Notes: generated by a model not told the origin, from the sequence alone. A stretch of DNA of 64,000 bases from an uncultured Acidobacteriota bacterium (GCA_963813155.1 CAWEYG010000003.1:416001-480000), one strand, 5' to 3'; numbered from the stretch's first letter, positions 1-11,980 are shown. Numbers and translations are program-made.

Positions 1-441
1 GCCCGAGAGCTCCGCGGGCCGATGCTCGCCGCGCAGGCCCAGCCCCACGCGGTCGAGCGCTTCCCGCGCGCGACGCATCGCTTCGCCGCGAGGCACTCCC
101 GCGATTCGAAGAGGCATCGACACGTTCTCGAGCGCGCTGAATTCCGGAAGGAGATGGTGAAACTGGAAGACGAACCCGATGTTCGTGTTTCGCAGGCGCG
201 CGCGGCTCGCCGCGCCGAGGCGGGACAGGGGGACTCCGGCGATCTCGACTTCGCCCGAATCCGGCTCGTCGATCCCGGCGAGGAGATGGAGCAGCGTCGA
301 CTTTCCCGAGCCCGACGGGCCGACGACCGCGACGAATTCCGCCTCCTGCAGCTCGAGCGAAAGCCCCGAAAACACCCGCACCGCGGAGGCGCCGGTGCCG
401 TAGCTCTTCGTCAGTCCGACCGCGCGAACGGCCGCCGTCAT
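1..441 (-). CDS. lolD: LolD-like ABC transporter ATP-binding protein (3' end outside window)
   Basis: Manual translation from ATG at 441: MTAAVRAVGLTKSYG...VAVVGPSGSGKSTLLH (Walker A). ATGA overlap with the lolC/E stop. The + strand ORF 22..591 is its shadow. Confidence 0.85.
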   Translation of the reverse strand, partial: MTAAVRAVGLTKSYGTGASAVRVFSGLSLELQEAEFVAVVGPSGSGKSTLLHLLAGIDEPDSGEVEIAGVPLSRLGAASRARLRNTNIGFVFQFHHLLPEFSALENVSMPLRIAGVPRGEAMRRAREALDRVGLGLRGEHRPAELSG

Positions 442-1603
442 CGCGAGAGCCTCAGCGATTCGGCCGGCCCGGTTCGCGCCGCGGCCTTCGCCGGAAAGAA
501 CGAGGCGGCCGCCGCCGTGGCCAGCGAGAACGCGACGACGAGCGCGAGGTCCTTCGCGTGCAGGGCGAAGGGAACGTGCGACAGAAGATAGACGTCCGCG
601 GGCAGGGGCACGAGCCCGTAGCGGTCGAGGGCCCAGGACAGGCCCGCCCCGGCCCCGACCCCGAGGAGGGTCCCGAGCGACCCGATCGCTCCGCCGAGCC
701 ACCAGTAGATCCGCGACAGGGACGCACCGGCGGCTCCAAGCGTCGCGAGCACCCCGAGATCGCGCCGCTTTTCGACGACGAGGAGCGCGAGGTCCGACAC
801 CACGTTGAGCGAAGCGACGACGACGATCAGAAAAGACGGTGACGAAGATCAGCACCTTCTCCATCCGCAGCGCGAACGTGAGCCCGACGTTGAGGTCGCG
901 CCAGCTCCGCACCGAGGCCGCGCGTCCGAGACGAGCCGCGAGGTCCCGCGCCTCCCCCGGAGCGGCGTCCGCGGAATCGAGACGCACCTCGAACGCCGAC
1001 ACGCCGTTCTCGGTGCCCGCAAGCGCCCTCGCGTCCGCGAGAGACAACCGAACGTCCGGGGCCGGCGATCCCGCGGACTCCCGCGCGACCGAAACCACCT
1101 GGACGTCGATCGCGACCGGGACCGGTCCGAGCGGCGAGATCTGGGTTCGGCTCGAGACGATCCTCGCCCGGGCGCCGGGTCCGAGCGCGAGCTGGCCCGC
1201 GATCGACGCGGAGAGCCTCGCTCCGCCCGCAGCAACCTCTCTCTCCGGAGGCGCGATACCGGACGGGCAGAGCGGACCTGGCGCGCATGTCGGTGATCCA
1301 TCCCCTTCCCTCGACGACCGGGTCGATCGACCGGACTCCGGGTTCCTTCGCGATTGCGTCCGCGACGGCCCCGGCGTCCGGGAAGAATGCCGCGCCCGCC
1401 GGCGTGACGAGGAGGTGGGGCGTGCTCTTCGAGAGCCTCCCGCGAATCTGGTCCTGAAACCCCGTGAGCAGCGCGATCGAGACGACGAGAGCCGCGACGC
1501 CGAGGGCCAGCCCGCCGACCGAGATGGCCGACACGAGAGCCACGTGCGCGCGCTTCCGGGAGGCGGTGAGATAGCGGAGCGCGATGAAGAGCTCGTACGG
1601 CAC
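438..1603 (-). CDS. LolC/E-family lipoprotein-releasing ABC permease (two apparent frameshifts, near 1240 and 840)
   Basis: N-terminus VPYELFIALRYL...ISVGGLALGVAALVVSIALLTGFQDQIR. C-terminus LVVEKRRDLGVLATLGA...PADVYLLSHVPF...FPAKAAARTGPAESLR. Middle part is in a third frame (SWRDLNVGLTFALRMEK). Confidence 0.85.
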
Positions 1604-1659
1604 ACCGGGAGAGTAACGAGAGCCCGCTCCCGGCACAACCGGCCCGGAGGAAGGGTCGC

Positions 1660-2040
1660 TCAGGCCCGGTGCTCGTGCCCCGCGGCCGCGAGCGCCGCGA
1701 GCGCATCGTCGAGGCGGTCCTTCTTCACGAGGACGTAGTCCGTGTCGAACGTCGCGATCGCGAAAACGCTCACGCCCGCCGCTGCAAGCGGCCGGAGGAA
1801 GGAATCCAGGACACCCACCTGCTCGAAAGGGAACGGCCCGCCCAGCTGCAGGAGGGTCCAGCCCCGCTCCGCGCGAACACTCGGAGGAACCGAAGCGTCC
1901 TCGCAGACGACCGAAAGCTCCTCCGCCGTTCGAGTCACCGAGCAAAAGGGGTGGGATCGTGCCCACTCGGGAACCGGCGCCGCGGGATCCAGGCGTGCGA
2001 CAGCGAAATCTCCCGGCGCGACGGAAAACGAGATTTTCAA
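1660..2040 (-). CDS. ACT-domain protein (ACT_7/DUF2241-like)
   Basis: TTG start at 2040: (M)KISFSVAPGDFAVARLDP...SVTRTAEELSVVC...GVSVFAIATFDTDYVLVK. Appears in frame with the upstream OMF in this assembly. Confidence 0.8.
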   Translation of the reverse strand: MKISFSVAPGDFAVARLDPAAPVPEWARSHPFCSVTRTAEELSVVCEDASVPPSVRAERGWTLLQLGGPFPFEQVGVLDSFLRPLAAAGVSVFAIATFDTDYVLVKKDRLDDALAALAAAGHEHRA

Positions 2041-3624
2041 TGCCCGGGAAAGCACCGCGGAGCCGGAAGGCAGGTCCGACGCGCTCCAGCCGCCGCCCAC
2101 CGCCCGGACGAGATCGACGGCGGACGTCATCCGGCGGACTCGGAGCCCGACGGCCGTGCTTTCGTTCGAGAGCGCGGCGCTCTGAGCGGTGATGACTTCC
2201 AGATAGCTCGTGATCCCTCCCTGGTAGCGGGTCTGCGCGAGGGAGAGCGACTTCTCCGCGGCAGCCACCGCGTCGGCTTCCTGCAGGGCCTCTTGCGACA
2301 GGATCCGAAGCGCCGCAAGATCGTCCTCGACCTCCTGAAAAGCCGAGAGGACGGTCTGGCGGTAGCCGGCCACGGCCGCGTCGTATTGCGCCTCCGCCTG
2401 TTCCTTCGCCGCGCGGCGCTTGCCGCCGTCAAAAATCGTCTCGAGGAGGGACGCCCCGAGCGACCAGAAGCGGTTCGGCAGCGTGAACAGCTTCGAGAGG
2501 GTCGAGCTGGCCCATCCGCCCGAGCCGCTCAGCCCGAGGGTCGGATAGTACGCGGCCTGCGCAACGCCGATCCGCGCATTCGCCGCCGCCATCGAGCGCT
2601 CCGCCGAGGCGATGTCCGGTCGGCGCTCGAGAAGCGCCGACGGCAGCTCGACCGGGATCGCGGGAGGCGCCTCGGTCAGGGGGAGGATCGAAACAGAGAT
2701 CTCGGCCGGAGCCTTTCCGACGAGGACGGCGATCGCGTGCTCGAGCCGGGCCCGCGTCAGAGACAGGTCGATCGCCAGGGCGCGGGTCGTCGAAAGCTGC
2801 GTTTGGGCCTGCGCGACGTCGACGCCGGAAACGACGCCCTGGTTGAACCGGTCGGTCGTGAGCTTCAGCGCCTTTTCATAGGCGTCGGCCGTGGTGTCGA
2901 GGAGCTGCCTCTCGGCGTCGACGCCCCGCAGCGTGAAATAGTCGCTCGCGAGCTCCGCCTGAAAGGACAACCGGGCATTTTCGAGATCCGCCTCCGTGGC
3001 CTGAGCGGCGGCGACGTTCGCCTCGACGCTGCGCCGAACCCTTCCCCAGATGTCGATTTCCCAGGAGAGCTGGCCGGACACCTGGTACTCCGTGAAGGTT
3101 CCCGGCGGAGCGAGCGCGTTCGAGTTGCCCGCCGCCCGGGAGCGCGCGGCCGAGCCGCCGCCCGACACGACCGGGAAGAAGTCGGCTCTCGCCCCGCGGG
3201 CCACGGCGCGGGCCGCGCGATAGTTCGCCTCGGACTGGGCGATGTTCTGGTTCGAGATCGAGACCTGCTCTTCGAGCGCGTTCAGGTTCGGGTCGGCGAA
3301 CGCCTCCCACCACTTTCCCCGGAGGGCTCCCTCGCTCGGTTCCGCGGGTTTCCACTCGCCGGCGGTCGCTTCCGGAGGCGGTCCCTTTTCCTTGTAGTCG
3401 GGAGAGATGGGTGCCGAAGGCCTCTTGTAGTTCGGACCGACGGAACAGCCGGCAAGCAAGAGGAGAATGAGGAGGAGGCCAGCCGACCTCTCCCCCTGTG
3501 GGAGAGGTCGAGTGCCGAAGGCACGAGGGTGAGGGGTCGTGACCACACCCTCACCCGCTTCGCTTCGCTCAGCGGCCTCTCCCATCGAGGGAGAGGCGGT
3601 TCCAGGTGCGCCGCGCTTGCTCAT
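2037..3624 (-). CDS. Outer-membrane efflux lipoprotein (NodT/OprM family)
   Basis: ATG at 3624 overlaps the mdtC stop. Lipobox LLAGC-SVGPNYKRP; motifs WWEAFADPNLNALEEQ, SWEIDIWGRVRR, LPSALLERRPDIASAER and VGGGW. 3' end uncertain. Confidence 0.9.
3484..3597. repeat. Composite palindromic (REP/RPE-like) element inside the 5' end of the OMF gene
   Basis: Two inverted units: CGACCTCTCCC-N5-GGGAGAGGTCG...GGGTGAGGGG and CCCTCACCC...GCCTCTCCC-N5-GGGAGAGGC. Confidence 0.8.
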
Positions 3625-6600
3625 GTCCCCTCCTCGGCCGGCACTGTCGCGCCGACCGGCATCTCCCGGTCCCGACCTCGCTCCCACCACAGCCGGAACC
3701 GGTCGAGGTAGAGGTAAACGACCGGTGTCGTGTAGAGCGTGAGCATCTGAGAAAAAATCAGGCCTCCCACGATCGCGATACCGAGCGGCCGGCGGAGCTC
3801 CGAGCCCGTTCCTCCACCGATCGCGAGTGGCAGCCCTCCCAGAAGCGCCGCCATGGTCGTCATCGTGATCGGACGGAAGCGCAGCAGGCAGGCCTGAAAA
3901 ATCGCGTCTTCCGGCGACTTCCCTTGTTTGCGCTCCGCTTCGATCGCGAAGTCGACCATCAGAATTCCGTTCTTCTTGACGATGCCGATCAGGAGAATGA
4001 CGCCGATCAACGCGATGACGGAGAGATCGTTGTGCGTGAAGATCAGCGCGAGAAGCGCTCCGACGCCCGCCGAGGGCAGCGTCGAAAGGATCGTAATCGG
4101 GTGAATGTAGCTCTCGTAGAGGATCCCGAGCACGATGTACACGGTCACGACGGCGGCGAGAACGAGAATCGGCTCGTTCGCGAGAGACGCCTGGAATGCC
4201 TGCGCGGTCCCCTGGAAACTGCCGCGGATCGTCCCCGGCACGTGAATTTCGGCCTGCGCCTTCTGGATGGCCGTGACCGCATCCCCCAGGGCAACCGAAG
4301 GCGCAAGGTTGAACGAAAGGGTCACCGACGGAAACTGGGCCTGATGATTCACGGCGAGCGGCGCCGTCGACGGCTCGTAGTGCGTGAATGCCGAAAGCGG
4401 AACCATGGATCCGGTGTTCGTTCGCACGAAAATGTACTTCAGGCCGTCCGGGTTCTGCCAGAACTGGGGATCCGCCTCCATCACGACGTGGTACTGGTTG
4501 AGGGCGCGGTACATCGTCGAGACCTGGCGTTGCCCGAATGCGTCGTACAGAGTGTTGTCGATCGCGGCCGGAGTGATTCCCAGGCGCGAGGCGGTGCTTC
4601 GGTCGATGACGAGAGAGGCCTGGAGACCCTTGTTCTGCTGATCGCTGTTGACGTCGGCGAGCTGGTGGATCTTCCTCATGCGCGAGAGCACCTTCGGCGC
4701 CCATTCGAAGAGCTGGTTCGGGTCGTCGCCCTGCAGCGTGTACTGATATTGAGCTGCCCCGACGCGGCCGCCGACTCGCACGTCCTGAATGGGCTGGAGC
4801 ACGAGGGTCGCCCCCGGAACATGAGCGAGTTTCCCGCGGAGACGGGCGATCACCTGATCGGCGGTCACGTTGCGCTGGGAACGATCTTTCAGGGAGATGA
4901 ACATGCGTCCCGTGTTGGCCGTCCCGCCGCCGACGAATCCCGTCGCGCTCTCGACCGCCGGGTCCTTCATCACGGTGTCGACGAACCGCTCGAGCTTCTT
5001 CTGCATCGCCTGGAACGACGTGTCCTGGTCCGCCTGAATCGCGCCGGTCAGGCGCCCGGTGTCCTGTTGCGGAAAGAATCCCTTCGGGATTCTCACGTAA
5101 AGGACGATCGTGGCCGCCATCGTCGCGAGCATGACCGCGATCATCAGGGGCTGGTGACGAAGGACCCATGCGAGCGACCGCTCGTACCCCTTGAGGATCG
5201 CGTTGAACCCCCGTTCGCTCGCTTGAAACACTTTTCCGTGAGACTCCTTCGACTTCGGGCGCAGCAGCAGGGAGCACATCATCGGGGTCGTCGTCAGGGA
5301 AATCACCATCGACACGAAGATCGCCACGGAAAGGGTCACCGCGAACTCGCGGAACAGGCGACCCACGATCCCTCCCATGAGGAGGATCGGGATGAACACG
5401 GCGATGAGCGAGATGCTGATCGACATCACCGTGAAGCCGATCTCCTTCGCCCCAAGAAGCGCGGCCTCCATCGGCTGTTTCCCCTCCTCGAGGTGTCGCG
5501 TGATGTTTTCCAGAACGACGATCGCGTCGTCCACGACGAAGCCCGTCGCGACGGTCAGCGCCATGAGCGAAAGGTTATCGAGGCTATACCCGAGAAGGTA
5601 CATCACGCCAAAGGTCCCGACGAGCGAGATGGGCACGGCCACGCTCGGGATCAGGGTCGATCGCACGTTTCGAAGAAACACGAAAACGACGAGAACGACC
5701 AGGGCGATCGCGATCATGAGCGTGATTTCGACGTCCTTGACCGAGGCGCGAATCGTCCGCGTCGCGTCGATCAAAACGGAGAGCTTGACCGTCGGAGGCA
5801 CCGTCGACTGAAGGCGCGGCAGGATCGCCCGGATGTGATCCACCGTATCGATGATGTTGGCGCCCGGCTGCTTGAACACGATGATGATGATCGCGGGCTT
5901 CCCGTTCGCGAGGCCTCCCGTCCGGATGTCCTCGACCGAGTCGGTCACGTTCGCGATGTCGGCGAGCCGAAGAGCGGCCCCGTTCTGGTAGTGGATGACC
6001 ATGGGGCGATACTCGGCTGCGCTCAGGAGCTGATCCGTCGTCGCGAGCGACCAGGATCTTTGAGCGTTCCCGATCTTTCCCTTCGGCCGGTTCGCGTTCG
6101 CGGAGCCAAGCGCCGCCCGAACGTCCTCGAGGCTCAACCCGTTTCGGTTGAGCTCGGTTGGATTGACATCGACGCGAACCGCGGGGAGGGCGCCTCCCCC
6201 GACGACCACCTGCCCGACCCCCGGCACCTGGGAAAGCATCTGTTGGAGCACCGACGAGGCGACGTCGTACATGTGGGCCCGGTCGACGAGGTCCGACGTC
6301 AGCGACAGCAGCAGGATCGGCGCGTCCGCGGGGTTGACCTTTCGGTACGAAGGGTTGCTCGGAAGGTTCGCGGGAAGCTGGCCGCGAGCCGCGTTGATCG
6401 CGGCCTGCACGTCGCGCGCCGCGGCGTCGATCTGGCGATTCAGCTCGAACTGCAGAGTGATGTTCGTCGAACCGAGCGTGCTCGAGGAGGTCATCTCGGT
6501 GATTCCGGCGATCCGGCCGAACTGCCGTTCGAGCGGTGTCGCCACCGAGGAGGCCATCGTTTCCGGCGAGGCCCCCGGCAGGCCGGAGCTCACGTTGATC

Positions 6601-6731
6601 GTCGGAAATTCGACCTGCGGCAGCGGCGAGACCGGAAGCATCTTGTAGGCGATTCCCCCGGCGAGGGCGATGGCTGCGGTCAGCAGCACGGTCGCGATCG
6701 GCCGGTGGATGAAAGGAGAGGAAAGGCTCAC
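3621..6731 (-). CDS. mdtC: RND efflux permease MdtC-like
   Basis: 1036 aa; [59 protein letters not shown]. Second RND subunit of the operon. Confidence 0.92.
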   Translation of the reverse strand: MSLSSPFIHRPIATVLLTAAIALAGGIAYKMLPVSPLPQVEFPTINVSSGLPGASPETMASSVATPLERQFGRIAGITEMTSSSTLGSTNITLQFELNRQIDAAARDVQAAINAARGQLPANLPSNPSYRKVNPADAPILLLSLTSDLVDRAHMYDVASSVLQQMLSQVPGVGQVVVGGGALPAVRVDVNPTELNRNGLSLEDVRAALGSANANRPKGKIGNAQRSWSLATTDQLLSAAEYRPMVIHYQNGAALRLADIANVTDSVEDIRTGGLANGKPAIIIIVFKQPGANIIDTVDHIRAILPRLQSTVPPTVKLSVLIDATRTIRASVKDVEITLMIAIALVVLVVFVFLRNVRSTLIPSVAVPISLVGTFGVMYLLGYSLDNLSLMALTVATGFVVDDAIVVLENITRHLEEGKQPMEAALLGAKEIGFTVMSISISLIAVFIPILLMGGIVGRLFREFAVTLSVAIFVSMVISLTTTPMMCSLLLRPKSKESHGKVFQASERGFNAILKGYERSLAWVLRHQPLMIAVMLATMAATIVLYVRIPKGFFPQQDTGRLTGAIQADQDTSFQAMQKKLERFVDTVMKDPAVESATGFVGGGTANTGRMFISLKDRSQRNVTADQVIARLRGKLAHVPGATLVLQPIQDVRVGGRVGAAQYQYTLQGDDPNQLFEWAPKVLSRMRKIHQLADVNSDQQNKGLQASLVIDRSTASRLGITPAAIDNTLYDAFGQRQVSTMYRALNQYHVVMEADPQFWQNPDGLKYIFVRTNTGSMVPLSAFTHYEPSTAPLAVNHQAQFPSVTLSFNLAPSVALGDAVTAIQKAQAEIHVPGTIRGSFQGTAQAFQASLANEPILVLAAVVTVYIVLGILYESYIHPITILSTLPSAGVGALLALIFTHNDLSVIALIGVILLIGIVKKNGILMVDFAIEAERKQGKSPEDAIFQACLLRFRPITMTTMAALLGGLPLAIGGGTGSELRRPLGIAIVGGLIFSQMLTLYTTPVVYLYLDRFRLWWERGRDREMPVGATVPAEEGT

Positions 6732-6732
6732 T

Positions 6733-9700
6733 TCATCCCTCGACCGGACGGAAATCGGCCTGCGGCGCGACCTCGGTGCTCCGGCGACCCGCTGTCCGGC
6801 GCGCGAGCCGGTCGAACGCGAGATAGATGACCGGCGTCGTGTACAACGTCAGCACCTGCGAGAAGATCAGTCCTCCGACGATCGTGATGCCGAGCGGCCG
6901 GCGCAGCTCCGCCCCGATCCCGGAACCGAGCGCGAGAGGGATGCCGGCGAGCAGCGCGGCCATCGTCGTCATCATGATCGGGCGGAAGCGGAGCAGGCAG
7001 GCCTGGAAAATCGCTTCTTCCGGCTTCTTGCCCTGGTTGCGTTCGGCGTCGATCGCAAAGTCGACCATCATGATCCCGTTCTTTTTGACGATTCCGATCA
7101 GGAGAATGATCCCGATCAGCGCGATCACGGAAAAATCGTTCCGGAAGAGCATGAGCGCCAGAAGGGCCCCCACGCCGGCCGAGGGCAGGGTCGAAAGAAT
7201 CGTGATCGGGTGGATGTAGCTCTCGTACAGGACCCCGAGCAGGATGTACACGGTGACGAGCGCGGCGAGGATCAGGAGTGGTGTGTTCGTGAGAGAAGCG
7301 CGGAACGCCTGAGCCGTGCCTTGAAACGCCCCCTGAATGCTGTCCGGGAGCCCGAGATCCTGCTTCGCTTTTTCGATCGCCTTGACGGCCGATCCGAGCG
7401 AGGCGCCCGGCGCGAGATTGAACGAGACGGTGACGACGGGAAACTGCCCCTGGTGGTTGACCGAAAGCGGGGCGTTGACCGTTTCAATCCGGGTGAAGGC
7501 GCCGAGAGGAACGGTCCCGCCGCCCGGCGTGCCCGGAGGGGTCGGGCCGGACGCCGCGCCGGAGCTGCCGGACCCACCGGACGATCCCGCCGATGCGAGG
7601 GGGTTGAAAGTCGTTCCCGGATTCGCCGCCGCGGAAGCGGCGCCCGTCCCGACCGCGGCGCTTCCCCCCGAACCGGCCGGCGCCCCGGACGCCCCCGCGG
7701 GCCGCAGGAAAACGTTCTTCAGGTCGTCCGGCCCGGACTGGAAGCCGTTCTGGGATTCCAGAATGACGTGGTACTGGTTGAGCTGGGTGAACATCGTCGA
7801 GACCTGACGCTGGCCGAACTCGTCGTAGAGAGCGTTGTCGAGCATCTGCGGCGTGATGCCGAGTCGGGAGGCCGTCGTGCGGTCGAGAACCAGCCGCGCC
7901 TCGAGCCCGGCATTCTGCTGGTCGCTCGCGACGTCGCGCAGGTCGGCGAGCTTCTGGAGCCGGCTCACGAACCGGGGCGTCCAGGTCGCGAGCTCGACCG
8001 CGTCGGGGTCCTCGAGGCTGTACTGATACTGCGTCCGGCTCACGCGATCTTCGACCGTCAGGTCCTGAACCGGCTGCAGAAAGAGCGTGATCCCGGCGAC
8101 CTTCGTCAGCTCCGGCTGAAGCCGCCGAATGATGTCGGTGGCCGAGTCGTGATGGCGGGCCTTCAACGGCTTGAGGTTGATCTGGATTCGTCCGCTGTTC
8201 ATCGTCGTGTTGGTTCCGTCGATGCCAATGAACGACGAAAGGCTTTCGACGCCCTGGTCCTTCAGGATGACGCGCGCGAGCGCCTGCTGGCGTTCGGACA
8301 TGTCCCCGAAGGAAGCGGTCTGCGACGCCTCGGAGATACCGAGAATCACACCCGTGTCCTGAACGGGGAAAAAGCCCTTCGGGACGAGGACATACAGCAA
8401 AACCGTGACGACCAGCGTCGCCACCGCCACGATGAGCGTCGTCGGCTGATGGCGGAGCACCCACGTCAGGGTGCGCCCGTAGAACTCGATGATCTGGTTG
8501 AAGAGGCGCTCCGACACTCGATAGAAGGTTCCCCGGTCCTTCTCCTCTTTGTGCTTTAGCAGTTTGGCGCACATCATCGGCGTGAGGGTGAGGGAAACCA
8601 CCGCCGAGATCAGAATCGTGACCGAGAGCGTGATGGCGAACTCGCGGAAGAGCCGGCCGACGATGTCCGCCATGAACAGGAGCGGGATCAGCACCGCGAT
8701 GAGCGAGAGCGTCAGCGACACGATCGTGAACCCGATCTGCTCCGCTCCTTTCAAAGCCGCGTCCAGGGGTTTGTCGCCCGCCTCGATGTAGCGCGTGATG
8801 TTCTCGATCATCACGATCGCGTCATCGACCACGAAGCCGGTGGAAATCGTCAGCGCCATCAGCGTCAGGTTGTTCAGGCTGTAGCCGAGGAGGTACATCA
8901 CGCCGAACGTCCCGACCAGCGAGATCGGAACCGCGATGCTGGGAATGATCGTCGCCGCGAGCGTGCGCAAGAAAAGGAAGATCACCATGATGACGAGCGC
9001 AATCACGAGGATCAGCTCGAACTCGACGTCCGCAACGGAAGCGCGGATGGTCGTCGTCCGGTCCGTGAGGATCGAAACCTTCACGGCCGCCGGGAGGGTG
9101 GCGCTCAATTGGGGAAGGAGGCTCTTCACGCGGTCGACGACGGCGATGATGTTGGCGCCCGGCTGGCGCTGGATGTTGAGGATCACGGCCGGGGTCGTGT
9201 TCATCCAGGCGGCCTGCCGAACGTTCTCCGCAGAATCGACGACATTCGCCACGTCGGAGAGTTGGACCGGCGCGCCGTTCCGGTAGGCGACGACGATCGG
9301 GCGGTACTGATCGCTCGAGAGAAGCTGGTCGTTCGTGGCAATCGAGTACGACTGCCTTGCTCCGTTGAAAGTGCCCTTGGCCTGATTGACGTTCGTCTGG
9401 GAGATCGCCGTCCGAATGTCCTCCATCGTGAGACCGTACGAGGAGAGGGCCGTCGGGTTGACCTGGACGCGCACGGCGGGCTTCTGCCCTCCCGAGATGT
9501 TGACGAAACCCACACCCGGCAGCTGGGAAATTTTCTGGGCGAATCGCGTGTCGGCGAAATCCTCGATCTTCGTCAGGGGCACCGTCGCGGAGGTGAGGGC
9601 GAGCGTGAGAATCGGAGCGTCCGCCGGGTTCGTCTTGCTGTAAATCGGAGGATTCGGAAGGTCCGCCGGAAGGTACGAGCCGGCGGCGTTGATCGCCGCC

Positions 9701-10026
9701 TGCACCTCCTGCTCGGCCACGTCGATGTTCAGGTTCAGGACGAACTGCAGGGTGATGACCGAGCTTCCGTCGGAACTGTTCGAGGTCATCTGGTTCAGGC
9801 CCGGCACCTGGCCGAACTGGCGCTCGAGCGGCGCGGTCACGGCGGAAGCCATCACGTCGGGGCTCGCGCCCGGATAGAACGTCAGCACCTGGATCGTCGG
9901 ATAGTCGACCTGCGGCAACGCGGAGACAGGAAGCTCCTTGAATCCGATGGCTCCCGTGATGAGGATGCCGGCCATGAGAAGAGAAGTCGCGATCGGCCGG
10001 AGAATGAACGGCCGGGATGGGCTCAA
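6733..10026 (-). CDS. mdtB: RND efflux permease MdtB-like
   Basis: TTG start at 10026 overlaps the mdtA stop: (M)[21 protein letters not shown]...[16 protein letters not shown]...[14 protein letters not shown]. Confidence 0.92.
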   Translation of the reverse strand: MSPSRPFILRPIATSLLMAGILITGAIGFKELPVSALPQVDYPTIQVLTFYPGASPDVMASAVTAPLERQFGQVPGLNQMTSNSSDGSSVITLQFVLNLNIDVAEQEVQAAINAAGSYLPADLPNPPIYSKTNPADAPILTLALTSATVPLTKIEDFADTRFAQKISQLPGVGFVNISGGQKPAVRVQVNPTALSSYGLTMEDIRTAISQTNVNQAKGTFNGARQSYSIATNDQLLSSDQYRPIVVAYRNGAPVQLSDVANVVDSAENVRQAAWMNTTPAVILNIQRQPGANIIAVVDRVKSLLPQLSATLPAAVKVSILTDRTTTIRASVADVEFELILVIALVIMVIFLFLRTLAATIIPSIAVPISLVGTFGVMYLLGYSLNNLTLMALTISTGFVVDDAIVMIENITRYIEAGDKPLDAALKGAEQIGFTIVSLTLSLIAVLIPLLFMADIVGRLFREFAITLSVTILISAVVSLTLTPMMCAKLLKHKEEKDRGTFYRVSERLFNQIIEFYGRTLTWVLRHQPTTLIVAVATLVVTVLLYVLVPKGFFPVQDTGVILGISEASQTASFGDMSERQQALARVILKDQGVESLSSFIGIDGTNTTMNSGRIQINLKPLKARHHDSATDIIRRLQPELTKVAGITLFLQPVQDLTVEDRVSRTQYQYSLEDPDAVELATWTPRFVSRLQKLADLRDVASDQQNAGLEARLVLDRTTASRLGITPQMLDNALYDEFGQRQVSTMFTQLNQYHVILESQNGFQSGPDDLKNVFLRPAGASGAPAGSGGSAAVGTGAASAAANPGTTFNPLASAGSSGGSGSSGAASGPTPPGTPGGGTVPLGAFTRIETVNAPLSVNHQGQFPVVTVSFNLAPGASLGSAVKAIEKAKQDLGLPDSIQGAFQGTAQAFRASLTNTPLLILAALVTVYILLGVLYESYIHPITILSTLPSAGVGALLALMLFRNDFSVIALIGIILLIGIVKKNGIMMVDFAIDAERNQGKKPEEAIFQACLLRFRPIMMTTMAALLAGIPLALGSGIGAELRRPLGITIVGGLIFSQVLTLYTTPVIYLAFDRLARRTAGRRSTEVAPQADFRPVEG

Positions 10027-11261
10027 CTCGCGCTCCGGGGCGCGGCCGCCGCCGAAGGCGCGCTGACGGCGACCTTCGACCCGGGCTGGAGCTTGTCCAT
10101 TCCGTCCACGATGAGTTGCTCGCCCGGGGCGACTTTTCCCTGAATCGCCGCCTGCTCTCCCTCGGTCAGTTGCACGCCGACGTTTCGCATCTCGACTGTG
10201 GAGTCCGGCTTCACGACCCACACGAACGTCGATTGCGGGCTGCGCTGAATCGCCGCGGCCGAAACCAGGGTCGCGCCCTTCAACGTGTTGACCAGCAGAC
10301 GGGCGTTGACGAACTGGTTCGCAAAGAGGGCGTTGTCCTGATTGGGAAATTCCGCCTTGAGCTTCACCGTCCCGGTCGTCGTGTCGATCTGATTGTCGAC
10401 CGCAACGAGGGAACCCACCGCGAGCTTCTTCTTCAAGTCACGATCGAAGGCATCCACCTCGAGCGGCCGACCGCCCTTCATCCGAGCCAGCACCGGAGGA
10501 AGCTGGTCGGCGGGAATCGTGAAGACGACCGCAATCGGCTGCAGCTGAGTGATGACGAGGAGGCCGTTGTTGTCGCTCGCGTGGACGATGTTTCCGGGAT
10601 CGACGAGACGCAGGCCGACGCGTCCCGTGATCGGAGACGTGATCCGACTGTAGGTCAGGTTCAGTTTCGCGGCGTCGACCTGCCCCTGGTCGCTCCGGAC
10701 GGCAGCTTCGTCCTGGTGGACCGTCGCGATCTGGGTGTCGAGCTGTTGCCTCGGAATCGCCTCCTGCCCGATCAGAACCTCGTAGCGATGCTGATCGACG
10801 CGCGCGTTCTCCAGGGCCGCGACGTCTTTCGCCTTCTGGCCTTCCGCCTGCTCGAGCTGGACCTGGAAGGGACGGGGGTCGATCTGCGCGAGCCGATCCC
10901 CGGCGTGAACGACCTGTCCTTCGCGAAACGCGACGTCCACGAGCTGGCCGTCCACGCGGGAATGGACCGTCACGGTGTTCAGCGCCGTCACGCTCCCGAG
11001 CCCGTTCAGGTAAACGCCGATGTCGCCGATCCGGGCGGGAACGGCGACGACCGGGATTGCCCGCGATGCGGCGGACTTCTCCTTTTGGAGAGCCGCCGCC
11101 TTGCTGCTGCTCGACCGTCGAAGCACGAGAAAGGCGATCAAAGCGACCAGCGCCATGACGACCCAGGGCCATCGCCGGCGTTTTCGGTCCGGCGCGCCGG
11201 CCGTCAGGAGCAACGGTTCTTCCGGCTTTTCGGGGGGCCGTTCGGGCGCCTTGAGGCTCAT
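10023..11261 (-). CDS. mdtA: RND periplasmic adaptor MdtA/MuxA
   Basis: N-terminal TM helix; [70 protein letters not shown] upstream of ATG 11261. Confidence 0.92.
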   Translation of the reverse strand: MSLKAPERPPEKPEEPLLLTAGAPDRKRRRWPWVVMALVALIAFLVLRRSSSSKAAALQKEKSAASRAIPVVAVPARIGDIGVYLNGLGSVTALNTVTVHSRVDGQLVDVAFREGQVVHAGDRLAQIDPRPFQVQLEQAEGQKAKDVAALENARVDQHRYEVLIGQEAIPRQQLDTQIATVHQDEAAVRSDQGQVDAAKLNLTYSRITSPITGRVGLRLVDPGNIVHASDNNGLLVITQLQPIAVVFTIPADQLPPVLARMKGGRPLEVDAFDRDLKKKLAVGSLVAVDNQIDTTTGTVKLKAEFPNQDNALFANQFVNARLLVNTLKGATLVSAAAIQRSPQSTFVWVVKPDSTVEMRNVGVQLTEGEQAAIQGKVAPGEQLIVDGMDKLQPGSKVAVSAPSAAAAPRSAS

Positions 11262-11346
11262 GTTTCGACCTCCGGAGGCTCTGCTTGCAATATGCGCGCA
11301 CAACCCACAGGAAAACGCCGCGGACTGCGAGAACGTTACCGGGGCT

Positions 11347-11907
11347 TCAGCGCGGCCACAGCCACCCGAAAACGCCCGCCGTCACGACGGCATAGACGAG
11401 CCCGTCCACCGTCGCCTTCAGGGTGATGCTCCAGGCTCGCTTGTACCAGATCGACATCTGCCACAGAGCGGCAGAGTAGCCGACGAAAGCGGTCACGCCG
11501 GAAAACTTGAACACCTGCCGATACGCCGCGCCCGGGGCGAGAGCGCGCCCCGCGATGAAGGCCGCGAACACCCCGATCGCGACGGAGTAGAGAAACCAGA
11601 GTACCAGGTTGCTTCCCATGGAGACGGGCCCGTTCGGCATGACCGTCATCACCAGGACAGGCCCCTTTTTCATTTTCTCGGAGAACTCGGGAGTCTTCAT
11701 GTCTGCCCGCGTCGCCGGACGGGGAACGAAATAATCGCCCGGAGGGATCGCCAGCGGGCGAAGCGCGTCCATCACGGCGTCCTGGTTCGGCAGCATGGGG
11801 AAGTCGTTCTTGTGCCAGGGCGACGCCATGTGGATGAGAGAGCTCGTGATGAAAACCGCCACCGAGGAAAGCAGGATGGGAAGCCAGAGCGCCGTCAGTC
11901 CCGTCAT
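11347..11907 (-). CDS. Conserved hypothetical membrane protein (about 4 TM)
   Basis: 186 aa with hydrophobic segments ([21 protein letters not shown]...); strong GAGGAGG RBS. Confidence 0.75.
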   Translation of the reverse strand: MTGLTALWLPILLSSVAVFITSSLIHMASPWHKNDFPMLPNQDAVMDALRPLAIPPGDYFVPRPATRADMKTPEFSEKMKKGPVLVMTVMPNGPVSMGSNLVLWFLYSVAIGVFAAFIAGRALAPGAAYRQVFKFSGVTAFVGYSAALWQMSIWYKRAWSITLKATVDGLVYAVVTAGVFGWLWPR

Positions 11908-11980
11908 GATCCCTCCTCTTCAAGGTCGATCGTAGCATCCCGGCGCCCGATCCGCGGCGGCCCGAACCTCGCCGCGCGAG

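Noticed and set aside
11285-11301. Possible sigma-54 promoter upstream of mdtA (GTGCGCGCATATTGC)
   Set aside because: Lacks the invariant GG at -24.
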